A stretch of DNA of 64,000 bases, taken from positions 4,160,001 through 4,224,000 of the forward strand of contig OZ242296.1 in NCBI GenBank assembly GCA_965207735.1, in the 5' to 3' direction. This DNA is from Candidatus Versatilivorator sp. (lineage in GTDB: Bacteria; Acidobacteriota; Terriglobia; Versatilivoradales; Versatilivoraceae). Position numbers and translations under genes: made by a program. How positions within the stretch are numbered: position 1 is the first letter of the stretch; every line of letters starts with the position of its first letter. Under the pieces are notes generated by a model. The model ran no database searches and was not told the DNA's origin. It saw nothing but the letters and a program-made list of their open reading frames with translations. Shown here piece by piece: positions 47,826-57,966 of this stretch.

Positions 47826-49405
47826 GAGTCTGCGCCGCAGGACGATTTCGGAAAGTTCAAGAGCGAGAGGCTACTGCGCAAGGCCGGTTCCAAGGAGTGC
47901 TTGGGAGCCACTTGGGCGTTGATAGAGTCTCAAGCGTCCTGTGGGCTCCCACAATGGGCGGTTGAGGACCTCCGTGGCCCTGGGTATTGGGTGGAAATCC
48001 CTTGCTTCAGGCCGCCATCAACGCACTCATCCTCTTGATGTTGAGGGCCAGACACACCAAGTCCCACTCCCCCTGCACTGATTGCAAGCCCCGCAGACTG
48101 AACCGTCGGAATCCCAGCCCCTCCTTGATCCACCCATGAGGGGCTTCGGCAATCCACTTCCTCCGCCGATACTCCACCTGACCGGCTAGGCTGGCCAGCT
48201 TCTTCCTCATACGACTCTTGGCCGGATGCTTCCTGGGATCGATCTCTACCGCCCGCTTCCCCTCGCGCCCCAGCGCAACATAACCGTCCACTCCTCTCTC
48301 TTCCAGGGCCTGCAAGTCCTCCTCATTGCAGTAGCCCGCATCCGCCAGCACCTGTTTCGGTATCTCCTGGAAGCTCTCCTCCACCTCCTCCAGCAACTCC
48401 ATCATCTGCCCCTGATCGCTCGCCTGCGCCGTTACCTCGGTGGCCACAATGATCTGGTGCTCTCCGTCCACCGCCACCTGCGCGTTGTAGCATTGCTGGA
48501 ACCCCTCGGTGGAAGTCTTCATGATCCGGCTTTCCGGATCGGTGAAATTACTCTGCGCCTTCTCCTCCGGTTCTCCGTAGGCCCGCTTGTAGGGCCGTCG
48601 TGCTTTCGGGTTGCGGTCCTGTCCCGGTTTGCGCCCCCGCTCCTCATCGGCCTCCCGCTGGGCCGCCTCCAGCCGCTGCTTGGCCGCCTCGATCGCCGCC
48701 AGCCGGTCCTCCCGCCGCCGCAACTCCTCGGGCAACTCATCCCCACGCCGGTCTTCCCCGTACCGCTCATCTTCCTCCCGGTCCTCCCGCCGCGCCTTCT
48801 TCAACAACTCATGGATCTCTGCCTTCAGTTGCCGCTCCCGCTCCTTCATCCGACCATAGCTCATCGCCTTGCGCCGGCTCGCGTTCGCCCGCACCTTCGT
48901 CCCGTCGATCCCCAATCGCCCCAACCCCACCATCCCCATCTCCCGCGCCAAGCTCACCACCTGTACGAACAGCTGCTTGAAGTCCTTCAAATGCCGGCGG
49001 CGAAACTCGCACAACGTCCGATGCTGCGGAAAGTTCCCCGCCGCCAGCATCCGAAACGCCACGTCTTCCTCCAGCTTCCTCGCGATCTTGCGCGACGAGA
49101 ACACCCCTGTCGCATAGGCGTAAATCAACACCTTCACCATCATCCGCGGCTCGTAGGGCGAGTTGCGCCTCCCGTCCTCTTCATAGGGCCGGTAAAACGC
49201 TCTCAACTCCAGCCCATCCACCAACTCACTCACCTGATGGGCCAAGTGCCCTTCCGGTACCCACTCCCCCAGGTCCGGCGGCAACATCAACAGTTGCTTC
49301 GGCTGATACGGGCGAAACCTTGTCCCCATCCACCACCTCCTATGATGTCTCTAAGCCCGTTATTGTATCATTCAGCCCTGCCCGGGTTTTCTGCGGCGCA
49401 GACTC
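47826..49405 (-). mobile_element. IS1182-family insertion sequence, 1580 bp
   Basis: perfect 15-bp TIR gagtctgcgccgcag; CTAG flanks at 47822-25 and 49406-09. Confidence 0.95.
48007..49329 (-). CDS. IS1182 family transposase
   Basis: YAYATGVFSSRKIA, IDGTKVRANAS, NFTDPESRIM, YNAQVAVD, LADAGY. Confidence 0.95.
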   Translation of the reverse strand: MGTRFRPYQPKQLLMLPPDLGEWVPEGHLAHQVSELVDGLELRAFYRPYEEDGRRNSPYEPRMMVKVLIYAYATGVFSSRKIARKLEEDVAFRMLAAGNFPQHRTLCEFRRRHLKDFKQLFVQVVSLAREMGMVGLGRLGIDGTKVRANASRRKAMSYGRMKERERQLKAEIHELLKKARREDREEDERYGEDRRGDELPEELRRREDRLAAIEAAKQRLEAAQREADEERGRKPGQDRNPKARRPYKRAYGEPEEKAQSNFTDPESRIMKTSTEGFQQCYNAQVAVDGEHQIIVATEVTAQASDQGQMMELLEEVEESFQEIPKQVLADAGYCNEEDLQALEERGVDGYVALGREGKRAVEIDPRKHPAKSRMRKKLASLAGQVEYRRRKWIAEAPHGWIKEGLGFRRFSLRGLQSVQGEWDLVCLALNIKRMSALMAA

Positions 49406-49637
49406 CTAGCTAGCATTTTTCGCCAAGTGTCGCACTGTCGAGACGCCTACAGAGAGGAAGGATCGTGATTGGCGTCGTTTTTGGGAGGCTGGGCGTTCCG
49501 GGAGGGTGCAGCCAAATCGTCGCTTACGCGGCTACCACAGCGCAGAATGCCCACGCCCCCGGGCTCACGCCCGGGGATTCCCAATAGGTTGAGCAACTCC
49601 ATCAAGAAAACCCCGCATGACGCTAGTGTCTCGCTTA

Positions 49638-50913
49638 GTGCATCACTCCAAAAATGCGATGATGTATTCGGTCAGGCCTAGGCAGCGGCAGTGTGAACCT
49701 CCAGAGCTTGGATTTTTTTGAGAAGCTTGTGGAGGTGACGGCGCGTGAACTTCCATTGGAAAGGACTGGCGGCCTGCTCGTAGTGCTGTTGAAATCGAAG
49801 GAGGCGATCGGCGATTTCAGCGGTGGATTCAAAGTGGTTGGGTGTGAGGACCTTTCTCTGAATCACCGAGAAATAGATTTCTATCTGGTTCAACCAACTG
49901 GCATGGACCGGCGTGTGAAGAGGAACAATGTTCGGCCATTGGGCCATCAGCCGGCGGTTACTGCGCTGGCCCCGATGGGAGGAGCCGTTGTCCATGATCC
50001 AGAACACGCGGCGAGCCGAACGATAGGGTTCCTCGGACATGACCTGGGAGACCAAACGCTGGAAGGGCGCAATGCCAGTGGTGTGCTCACATCGTCCGAA
50101 GATCCTGGCGCGCCGAACATCCCAGGCTGCCAAGTAGGCAAGGGCGCCGCGCCGGGCATAGGCATGTTCGACGCGCATGGCGTGGCGCGGCGCCGGAGGG
50201 AGGCTCGGATGTTCCCGCCGGCGGGCTTGGATGCTGGTCTTTTCGTCGGTCGACACCACGCAATCGGCATCGCTGAGGGGGCGTCCCTTCCAGATGCCTT
50301 CATAGAGATCCAAGATGGGGCCGGCCTTCTGGGCAAAGTGGGGATCTCGGGGAAAAATCCAGCTTCGGTGAAACCAAGGCCGAATCGCATCCTGTGACAA
50401 CCATCGCCAGATCGTGGTCTCTCCGATCGAAGCGACCAGTCCCCGACCAATGACCTCACGCTGTATCTCCGCCATGCTGAAGCGGGACAGCGGCAGACCA
50501 TAGGTATGAGGCAACTCACAGGCCAGCGACTTCACTTCAACGACCACTTCGGGGGGGAAAGCGAGGCGGCCGGCCTCTGCGGGGAGCCTCCTCCAACCCG
50601 GCCAGACGATATTGGAAGAAACGTTTGCGCCACTTACACACGATCTGGGCCGACGTATCCAGTCGGGTTGCGATGTCTTTGTTGTCGAATCCCTGGGAGG
50701 CGTAGAGAACGATCTTGGCCCTAATAACATCAATATACGATGATGTATATTTACGCGCCTTTGCCTCCAGAATTCTTTTTTCGGAATCGGTAAGAATGAT
50801 CCTGAATGGGCTTGTCTTTGGCATAGAATTCTCCCTCCCCTCGGGAAGAATCCTATCCCATTATGCTTAATACCGCCAGACTTATATATCATCGTATTTA
50901 TGAAATGGACTAC
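49638..50913 (-). mobile_element. IS630-family element
   Basis: imperfect 29-bp IRs (20/29 match); TTA duplicated at 49635-37 and 50914-16. Confidence 0.82.
49678..50824 (-). CDS. IS630 transposase in two frames (HTH ORF 50537-50824 plus DDE ORF), joined at TTT-C7 at 50551-50560
   Basis: RAKIVL..KWRKRF..GL.E..R.GRP; DEKTSIQAR, MDNGSSH, HTPVHASWLNQIEIYF. Confidence 0.9.
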
Positions 50914-51074
50914 TTAGCAGTCGACTCAAGGTTATAATCACCTCATAACAAATAACATAGAGACGATTTGAGGTGGTGGCGACTTGACTCTGCCTTAGGT
51001 ACGGGCCATTTTCAGCGGACCTGCCACCTGCCAGTCGAATTGCCGGGCATAGGCCGATTTCATAGTCTGTCCGG

Positions 51075-51878
51075 ATGTACACTGGCAAAACTCTTTTCGC
51101 TCAAGTCATGAGCTTCCTTCCTTGGACGACCTTCGCTCGGATCGTCGACCGTTACTCGGGGGACCGGCGAGTCCGCAACCTGCCCTGCACCGAGCACTTC
51201 CGCGCTCTCGCCTTCGCCCAACTCACATTGCGGGAGAGCTTGCGTGACATCGAAACGTGCTTGGCGGCCCATCCCGCCAAGCTCTACCATTCCGGCTTTT
51301 CGGCGCCGGTCAAACGCCCGACCCCGGCCCGAGCCAACGAGCGCCGCGACTGGCGCATCCAGGCCGATTTTGCCCAGCGCCTCATCGCCCGCGCCCGAAG
51401 ACTCTATGCCGGAGAACCGCTCGCTGTGGAACTGGCTGATACCGTCTATGCCTTGGACTCCACCACGATCGATCTGTGCCTGTCGGTCTTCCCCTGGGCC
51501 AACTTCCGAAGCACCAAGGCTGCCGTGAAGTTGCACACATTGCTGGATTTATGCGGATCCATTCCCAGCTTCATGCACGTTTCCGACGGCAAGTTCCACG
51601 ACGTCAACGTGCTCGATATCCTCGCTCCGGAACCGGGAGCCATCTATGTCATGGACCGCTCTGGGTCGCCGTCTTGGTGTACGAGCGCGTCGCCAACATT
51701 CGCAAACAACTCGAAATCCAGACCCCCCTCTAGCCTTCCCAAGTACCTCACAACCCCATGTCATTCTACAAGAACCAACAGATTCTGTAGGACCGGCCGG
51801 CCGTTCAAGTACTTTAGAATCTATAACTTCCGAAATTCAAACACGAATCCGAGAGTGGACTCTTCCCTAAGTACTTGA
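51075..51878 (+). pseudogene. IS4 (DUF4372-type) transposase pseudogene
   Basis: MYTGKTLFAQ, FAQLT.RESLRDIE, ALDSTTIDLCLS, VMDR, then an abrupt jump near 51660 to out-of-frame C-terminal-like LWVAVLVY. Confidence 0.88.
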
Positions 51879-52096
51879 TTCTATGGGACTTTTAACGAGA
51901 CACGAGTGCCCGCATGATTGAGCTTACGTGACAGAAGTGTGACTTCATGGTCTTTTTTAGTGAAATATAGGTGTCTTTGTGCATCGCGATGTTATGGTCG
52001 GCTTCGGAAAGGTTGGGCGCGACTCCAACCCCCGCTTCCATCGTGCCAACCGGCGGCTGTCCCCGGAAGGGTCCGCCTCCGACGGAGGATCGGCCA

Positions 52097-54460
52097 TTGA
52101 CCAACCCCGACACACTGAAGCGAGAACATGAGGCGCTACGGCACTGTATCTCCAAGCTGAGCGCGGCCAGCCTGCGCATCGTCGCCAGCCTCGACCTGGG
52201 CACCGTCCTGCGCGAGGCCGTGGAAAGCGCCTGCGAGCTCACCGGTGCCCGTTTCGGCGTGATTGCGACTGTCGACGACTCGGGGCAGGTTCAGGATGTG
52301 GTCAGTGCCGGCTTAACGCCGGAGGAAGACCAACAACTGGCGGACTGGCCCGACGGATTGCAGTTGTTCGCACACTTCCGGGACCTGCCGGGAGCGCTGA
52401 GACTTCGCGACCTGCCCGGCTATATTGGGTCACTCGGTTTTTCCACTGAGCTGGTTCGGTGGAAGATTTTTCAGGGAATGCCCATGCATCACCAAGGTGT
52501 CCACGTCGGCAATTTCTTTCTGGCCGAGAAAGAAGGCGGGGGGGAGTTCACCAGCGAGGACGAACAGGTCCTGGTGCTGTTCGCCTCGCAAGCGGCGGCG
52601 GCGATCGCCAACGCGCGCACCCATAGGGCCGAGCAGCAGGCGAGAGCAGATCTGGAGGCATTGGTCGAAACCTCTCCGGTGGGGGTGGTGGTCTTCGGTG
52701 CCAGAACCGGACATCCGTTGAGGTTCAACCGGGAGGCAAGGCGGATGGTCGAGGGTCCGCGCCAGCTGGGCCAATCCCCTGAGCAACTTCTGGCGGCCAT
52801 TACCTACCGGCGTGCCGACGGACGGGAAATTGCCCTGAACGAATTTCTGTTGGCGCAGGAGTTGAGCGCCGCGACGACGGTGCGGGCCGAGGAAATCGTG
52901 CTGGAGGTCCCCGACGGCCGTAGAGTGAAGACTCTGGTCAACGCCACGCCGATCCGTTCCGCGGATGGGGAGGTCGAATCGCTGGTGGTAACCATGCAGG
53001 ATCTGGCGCCGCTGGAGGAGCTGGAGCGATCGCGGGCGGAGTTCCTGAGCCTGGTGAGCCACGAACTCCGGGCTCCCTTGACTTCGATCAAGGGGTCGAC
53101 CGCAACCGTGCTGGGCGCCTCACCGTCCCTGGAGTCGGCCGAGATGCTCCAGTTCTTCCATATCATCGACGAGCAGGCCAATCACATGCGGGGCCTGATC
53201 AGCGATCTGCTGGACGCCGGGCGAATCGAGACGGGCACGTTGTCGGTGTTTCCCGAACCGGCGGAGGTGGGCAACCTGCTCGAACAGGCCAGAAATACCT
53301 TCCTGAGCGGAGGAGGCAAGCACACCGTTCTTATCGACTTACCTCCGGACCTGCCCTCGGTGCTGGCCGACCGCAGACGCATCGTCCAGGTTCTGAACAA
53401 CCTCTTCTCCAACGCTTCCAAGCACGCTCCCGTGTCCTCTCCGATCCGGGTGGGCGCGGTGCGGGATGGCGTATACGTGGCCATTTCGGTCTCTGACGAG
53501 GGGCGGGGTGTGTCGCCAGACCTGCTACCCTACCTGTTTCGGAAGCACACGCGGGTTGGCTCCGGTGATCAGGAGCGTGGCATCGGCGGGTCGGGCCTTG
53601 GCCTGGCCATCTGCAAGGGACTGGTGGAGGCCCATGGGGGCCGGATCCGAGCTGAAAGCGGCGGGAAGGATCAGGGCACGCGGTTCACTTTCACCATCCC
53701 CGTGGCCGAGCAGACCGGAAACATCGCTGCGCCCGGCTCGGCCCGAAGCGCTTCCCGCTCGCCGCGGAAACGGAGGAAACCCAGGCGTATTCTGGTGGTG
53801 GACGACGATCCCCAGACGCTCCGCTACGTGCGGGACGCTCTAACGGCGACGGGCTATTCCCCTGTCGTGACCGGCGACCCAAGGGAAGTGTCCCATTTGG
53901 TCAAGTTGAAAAAGCCCCACCTGGTCCTGCTGGACCTGATGCTTCCCGGCACCGATGGCATCGAGTTGATGGAGCGCGTTCCCGAGCTGGCCGACTTGCC
54001 GGTCATCTTCATCTCGGCCTATGGCAGGGACGAGACCATCGCCAGGGCCCTGGAAAGCGGGGCCGCCGACTACATCGTCAAGCCCTTCTCGCCGACCGAG
54101 CTGGCTGCGAGAGTCCAGGCGGCCCTGCGCCGACTTGCCGATCCGCCCGAACCCTTTCAACTGAGGGACCTGACCATCCACTACGAGCAACGCCTGGTGA
54201 CGGTGGCCGGCCATCCCGTGGAACTGACGGCCACTGAATACGAGCTGCTCCGGGTGCTGTCGGTCAACGCGGGACGGGTAACGACCTACGATTCTCTGCT
54301 GCGCCGGGTGTGGAGCGGGAAAGACACTGGCGACTCTCAGTCTGTGCGGGCCTACGTGAAAAGACTGCGGCGTAAGCTCGGCGACGACGCCGCCAGCCCA
54401 ACCTACGTTTTCAACGTCCGCCAGATCGGCTACCGCATGCCCAAGCCGGGCGATCAGTGA
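52097..54460 (+). CDS. cytoplasmic hybrid protein: GAF-PAS-HisKA-HATPase-REC-OmpR wHTH
   Basis: GGAGG RBS and TTG; SHELRAPL, NLFSNA, DEGRG, GSGLGL; VVDDD, LLDLMLP, KPF; LTATEYELL, VKRLRRKLGD, IGY. Confidence 0.93.
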   Translation: MTNPDTLKREHEALRHCISKLSAASLRIVASLDLGTVLREAVESACELTGARFGVIATVDDSGQVQDVVSAGLTPEEDQQLADWPDGLQLFAHFRDLPGALRLRDLPGYIGSLGFSTELVRWKIFQGMPMHHQGVHVGNFFLAEKEGGGEFTSEDEQVLVLFASQAAAAIANARTHRAEQQARADLEALVETSPVGVVVFGARTGHPLRFNREARRMVEGPRQLGQSPEQLLAAITYRRADGREIALNEFLLAQELSAATTVRAEEIVLEVPDGRRVKTLVNATPIRSADGEVESLVVTMQDLAPLEELERSRAEFLSLVSHELRAPLTSIKGSTATVLGASPSLESAEMLQFFHIIDEQANHMRGLISDLLDAGRIETGTLSVFPEPAEVGNLLEQARNTFLSGGGKHTVLIDLPPDLPSVLADRRRIVQVLNNLFSNASKHAPVSSPIRVGAVRDGVYVAISVSDEGRGVSPDLLPYLFRKHTRVGSGDQERGIGGSGLGLAICKGLVEAHGGRIRAESGGKDQGTRFTFTIPVAEQTGNIAAPGSARSASRSPRKRRKPRRILVVDDDPQTLRYVRDALTATGYSPVVTGDPREVSHLVKLKKPHLVLLDLMLPGTDGIELMERVPELADLPVIFISAYGRDETIARALESGAADYIVKPFSPTELAARVQAALRRLADPPEPFQLRDLTIHYEQRLVTVAGHPVELTATEYELLRVLSVNAGRVTTYDSLLRRVWSGKDTGDSQSVRAYVKRLRRKLGDDAASPTYVFNVRQIGYRMPKPGDQ

Positions 54461-54463
54461 GAG

Positions 54464-56557
54464 CTATTGGTGAGGAATGCGGGGTAGAACTTCCCTCGAC
54501 TCCAGGTGGGCTTCGATTTCCTTGCGGGTCCGCCACACCGGTCGAAGCTGCTTGCGGGCAAACAACGCCAACTGGTCCCCCCGATGGGGCGAGTCGGGCT
54601 GGGAGGCGTTTCCGTAGCTCAGCAGGGCCGCCGCCCGGACCGGTTCGGAGAATTCCACCAGCGCCACGAAGGAATCGCCAAACAGCGCCCGGAAGCGGCC
54701 GTCTTTATCAGGGGCGAACTCCAGGGACCGAAAGATCCCCAGCCGGCTGGGGCCTCCGCTGGCCGGAAGGTCGCGCTCTCCAATTCTCAGGCGAAAGACT
54801 TCTCCCCAGGGCACGTCCAGAGAGCCGAACCGGCCCCGGGTGGCGCGGGCGGCTTTTTCCAGGGCTGCCACGGCGGCGACGGGATCGGCCAGCCCCTTGG
54901 GCGTGGTCAGGGGCTCCCCCTCCTGCCAGGACGTGGCAAACATGCCGGCGCCAAGAGTCCGGACCCATTCGGCGAACAGCACGGCGCCCCGGCTCCCGGC
55001 GTCGGCCCTTCGATCCCAATCCTCCAGCACCCGAGCCGCCTGTCGGGTCAGATCGCTTGACCGCGGACCCACCGCGGCCGTCAGTTCATCCAGAATGCGA
55101 TCGGCCAATTCCATCCGCGTGGAATGCTTGTAGCGGCTCAAGGATTCGAAGCTGATTTTCCGGTCCTCCTCCAGCATGCGCACCGATCGTTGAGCACGGA
55201 AACGCATCCTACGGGGGGCCAGGTAGGCGGGGAAATCGCCTGGATTCAGCAGCCGGGGAAGCGTGGAACTCCAGGGCGGATCGTTGGCGTTTTGCACCCA
55301 GCCCCCGGAGGGGTCCACCACCCGGGGCAGCTCCTCGTAGGGGTGGGTCCGGGTCCAGAGCATTTCGGGGCGGTCCCCCGGAACCATCCCCTGCCAGTCC
55401 TGCCAACCGCCTGAGGCACGGACCGGTGTCCGTCCACCGAACAGGTAGAGAATGTGCCCCTCCCGGTCGGCGTAGATCAGGTTGAAGATTGGATTCTGCA
55501 GCCGCCGCAGCGCCGATTCGAACTGCCGGAGGTTCCTGGCACGGATCATGTCCCAGTACTGCTCGAACATGTGGGGCTGATCCAGACCGACCAGCCGAAC
55601 CGCAACGGCCTTGTCGCCCTTGATTTCCAGGACCGGACCGTGGATAGAGCGGCGCACCGTCAGAGTCTCCCGGCGAATGGTCCCGTCGGATTGACGGACC
55701 CGGATGGACTGGGTCTCGGTCTCGAAGGCCTTGACCCCTCCATCCCAGCGGTAACCGCCTTCCGCCAGGCTCAGCTCGAAAAGGTCGATGCCATCCAGTG
55801 GATTGGTGGTGTGGGTCCAGCCCAGGTGATCGTTGAACCCCAACCCCAGGATGGGCATTCCGACCAGGGTGGCGCCGTAGGCATCCACTTCCGGTGTTTT
55901 CCACTGGACTTCGAACCAGGTGAAGAAACTGCTCCAGGGAAGATGGGGATTGACCAGCAGCATGGCATTGCCGCCGGCCGAACGCGATGGCGCAATGGCC
56001 CATCCATTGGACCCCGGGACCGGTTGCCCGGCTCTGCCGAAGGTGACCTCTCTTCCGACAAAGGAGAGGTGGATCACCCGCTGCAAGTGCCCCAGAACAT
56101 CGGTCGGGTCCAGGGGCAACACAGACTCCAGCTCAGGATCGATACTCTCCGGGTGCAGGCGGGCATAGGCGTTCATCCCCTCCACAAAGCGGTCCAGATA
56201 CCCCTTGAACCTCGGCTTCTGCGCCTCGTACCACTGCTGTGCCCGCTCGGGCACTCCCATGGTTCTCAGATAGCGGTCGGAGGCCAGATAGGATTCCCCC
56301 CAATACTCCGCCGCTCGGCCCCGGGCTTCACCGTAGAGCCGCAAGATGAGGTTGGCATGGTTTTTCATCTGGGCCCAGCCGAAGGCCCGGAACAGCTCAC
56401 CGGGCTCAGTGGCATGGATATGGGGCACACCCCAGCGGTCCCATAGGATCTCGGCCGGCCCTTGATTGCGCGGACCGCAGGCTGCAGCCGCCAGTGCCAA
56501 AACGATCCCGGGCAGCAGGATCCATCCGCCCGGTACGGAGCGTCTTGGACTTCTCAT
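54464..56557 (-). CDS. penicillin acylase family Ntn-hydrolase (S45), lipoprotein
   Basis: LAAAAC lipobox; WDRWGVPHI; G|SNGWAI nucleophile; NPHLPW. Confidence 0.92.
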   Translation of the reverse strand: MRSPRRSVPGGWILLPGIVLALAAAACGPRNQGPAEILWDRWGVPHIHATEPGELFRAFGWAQMKNHANLILRLYGEARGRAAEYWGESYLASDRYLRTMGVPERAQQWYEAQKPRFKGYLDRFVEGMNAYARLHPESIDPELESVLPLDPTDVLGHLQRVIHLSFVGREVTFGRAGQPVPGSNGWAIAPSRSAGGNAMLLVNPHLPWSSFFTWFEVQWKTPEVDAYGATLVGMPILGLGFNDHLGWTHTTNPLDGIDLFELSLAEGGYRWDGGVKAFETETQSIRVRQSDGTIRRETLTVRRSIHGPVLEIKGDKAVAVRLVGLDQPHMFEQYWDMIRARNLRQFESALRRLQNPIFNLIYADREGHILYLFGGRTPVRASGGWQDWQGMVPGDRPEMLWTRTHPYEELPRVVDPSGGWVQNANDPPWSSTLPRLLNPGDFPAYLAPRRMRFRAQRSVRMLEEDRKISFESLSRYKHSTRMELADRILDELTAAVGPRSSDLTRQAARVLEDWDRRADAGSRGAVLFAEWVRTLGAGMFATSWQEGEPLTTPKGLADPVAAVAALEKAARATRGRFGSLDVPWGEVFRLRIGERDLPASGGPSRLGIFRSLEFAPDKDGRFRALFGDSFVALVEFSEPVRAAALLSYGNASQPDSPHRGDQLALFARKQLRPVWRTRKEIEAHLESREVLPRIPHQ

Positions 56558-56585
56558 GGCCAGTCTCCCGAAACCGCGATGTCAC

Positions 56586-56748
56586 TGAAACAACAAAAGA
56601 GTTATCCACGAAGGGACACGAAGAACGACAAGGGGCCACTAAGGCGTTGAGGTGAACCGCGATGGGATTCCATGGTCACGAAAGGATTGTCGATTTCCGA
56701 TTGAACGAAGTCCATCTGTTTTCGTGTATATTCGTGTTCATTCGTGGT
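56586..56748. mobile_element. most complete CACGAA-type miniature element
   Basis: left ccacgaagggacacgaag; right ttcgtgtatattcgtgttcattcgtgg (inverted CACGAA x3); interior shared with the 17.4 kb copy. Confidence 0.7.
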
Positions 56749-56919
56749 TCAACTTGCCCAACGATCTGCCGTTAATTGCCTGAACAATCTGCAGGTCAGG
56801 GCGGGGAGCTGACCAACCTCTTTCGCGACGCCGCTTCCATTCTTCCAGAGATAATCACTTCCTGTCATTGCTATTATTGAGAGGCAGCCGACACCCATGG
56901 AAGAGATCGGGAGCAATTC

Positions 56920-57921
56920 ATGAAATATCTGGTGACGGGCGCCAGCGGGTTCATTGGCGGTTGCCTGGCCAGACAGTTGGTCCGGGCCGGGCACGAGGTA
57001 GGAGCCCTGGTGCGCAACCCCGAGGCCGCCACGGACCTCAAGGCCGCCGGCGTGTCCATCCACCAGGGGGATGTTCGGGACAAACCCTCCCTGCAAGCTC
57101 CCATGAGCGGAGTTGACGGCCTCTTCCACCTGGCCGCCTGGTATCGGATCGGGGGGAGGAACCGCCGGGAGGCTTACCAGACCAACGTGGAGGGCACCCG
57201 CAACGTCCTGGAAACGGCTCGGGATCTGGGCGTCCCCCGGATTGTCTACACCAGCACCGTGGCCGTCTCTTCCGACACCGGCGGCAGGCTGGTCGATGAA
57301 GGGTTCCGCCACCGAGGACCCTGGCTGAGCCAGTACGAGCGCACCAAGTGGATGGCCCACTACCAGGTGGCCCTGCCCATGGCCGAGGCCGGCGTTCCCC
57401 TGGTCATCCTGCAGCCCGGCGTGGTGTACGGCCCCGGCGACCCCAGCGCCATCGGCACGGCCTTCCGGCAGTACCTGCAGGGTCGGTTGCCCGTGACCCC
57501 TCAACGAACCGCCTTCTGCTGGGGCCACGTCGAGGACACCGCCACGGCCCATCGGCTGGCCATGGAACGAGGCCAACTGGGCGAGAGCTACATTGTGGCC
57601 GGCCCGGTCCAAACCTTCCGGGAGGTCTTCGAACTGGCGGAGCGCCTGACCGGCATCCCGGCCCCCCGGATACACCCCGGCCCATCAGCCATGAAGTCTA
57701 TGGCAGCCTTCATGAAATTACTGGGAGCCTTGATTCCCCTTCCCTCGGCTTACTCGGCGGAGAGCCTGCAAATCATGGCCGGGACGACCTACATCGGCGA
57801 CAACCGCAAAGCCCGCCGCGAGCTGGGCTTCGCCCCCCGCTCCCTGGAGGAGGGACTAGGGGAAACACTGCGCTACGAGATGGAGCGCCTGGGCTTGAGG
57901 GCGAACCTATCCCTCCCTTGA
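56920..57921 (+). CDS. NAD-dependent epimerase/dehydratase (extended SDR, HpnA-like)
   Basis: TGASGFIG, HLAA, YERTK, VYGPGD. Confidence 0.9.
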   Translation: MKYLVTGASGFIGGCLARQLVRAGHEVGALVRNPEAATDLKAAGVSIHQGDVRDKPSLQAPMSGVDGLFHLAAWYRIGGRNRREAYQTNVEGTRNVLETARDLGVPRIVYTSTVAVSSDTGGRLVDEGFRHRGPWLSQYERTKWMAHYQVALPMAEAGVPLVILQPGVVYGPGDPSAIGTAFRQYLQGRLPVTPQRTAFCWGHVEDTATAHRLAMERGQLGESYIVAGPVQTFREVFELAERLTGIPAPRIHPGPSAMKSMAAFMKLLGALIPLPSAYSAESLQIMAGTTYIGDNRKARRELGFAPRSLEEGLGETLRYEMERLGLRANLSLP

Positions 57922-57966
57922 AGGGCCAATCGCCCTTTTGCTATCCTTTGCACTCAGGAGAAAGCT

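Larger units (their letters stand above)
49621..51908 (+). mobile_element. IS4-family element, internally deleted, with left IR interrupted by IS630
   Basis: 9-bp TSD cccgcatga at 49612-20 and 51909-17; rebuilt left end cgctagtgtctcgcttagcagtc resembles revcomp of right end cactcgtgtctcgttaaaagtc. Confidence 0.88.
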
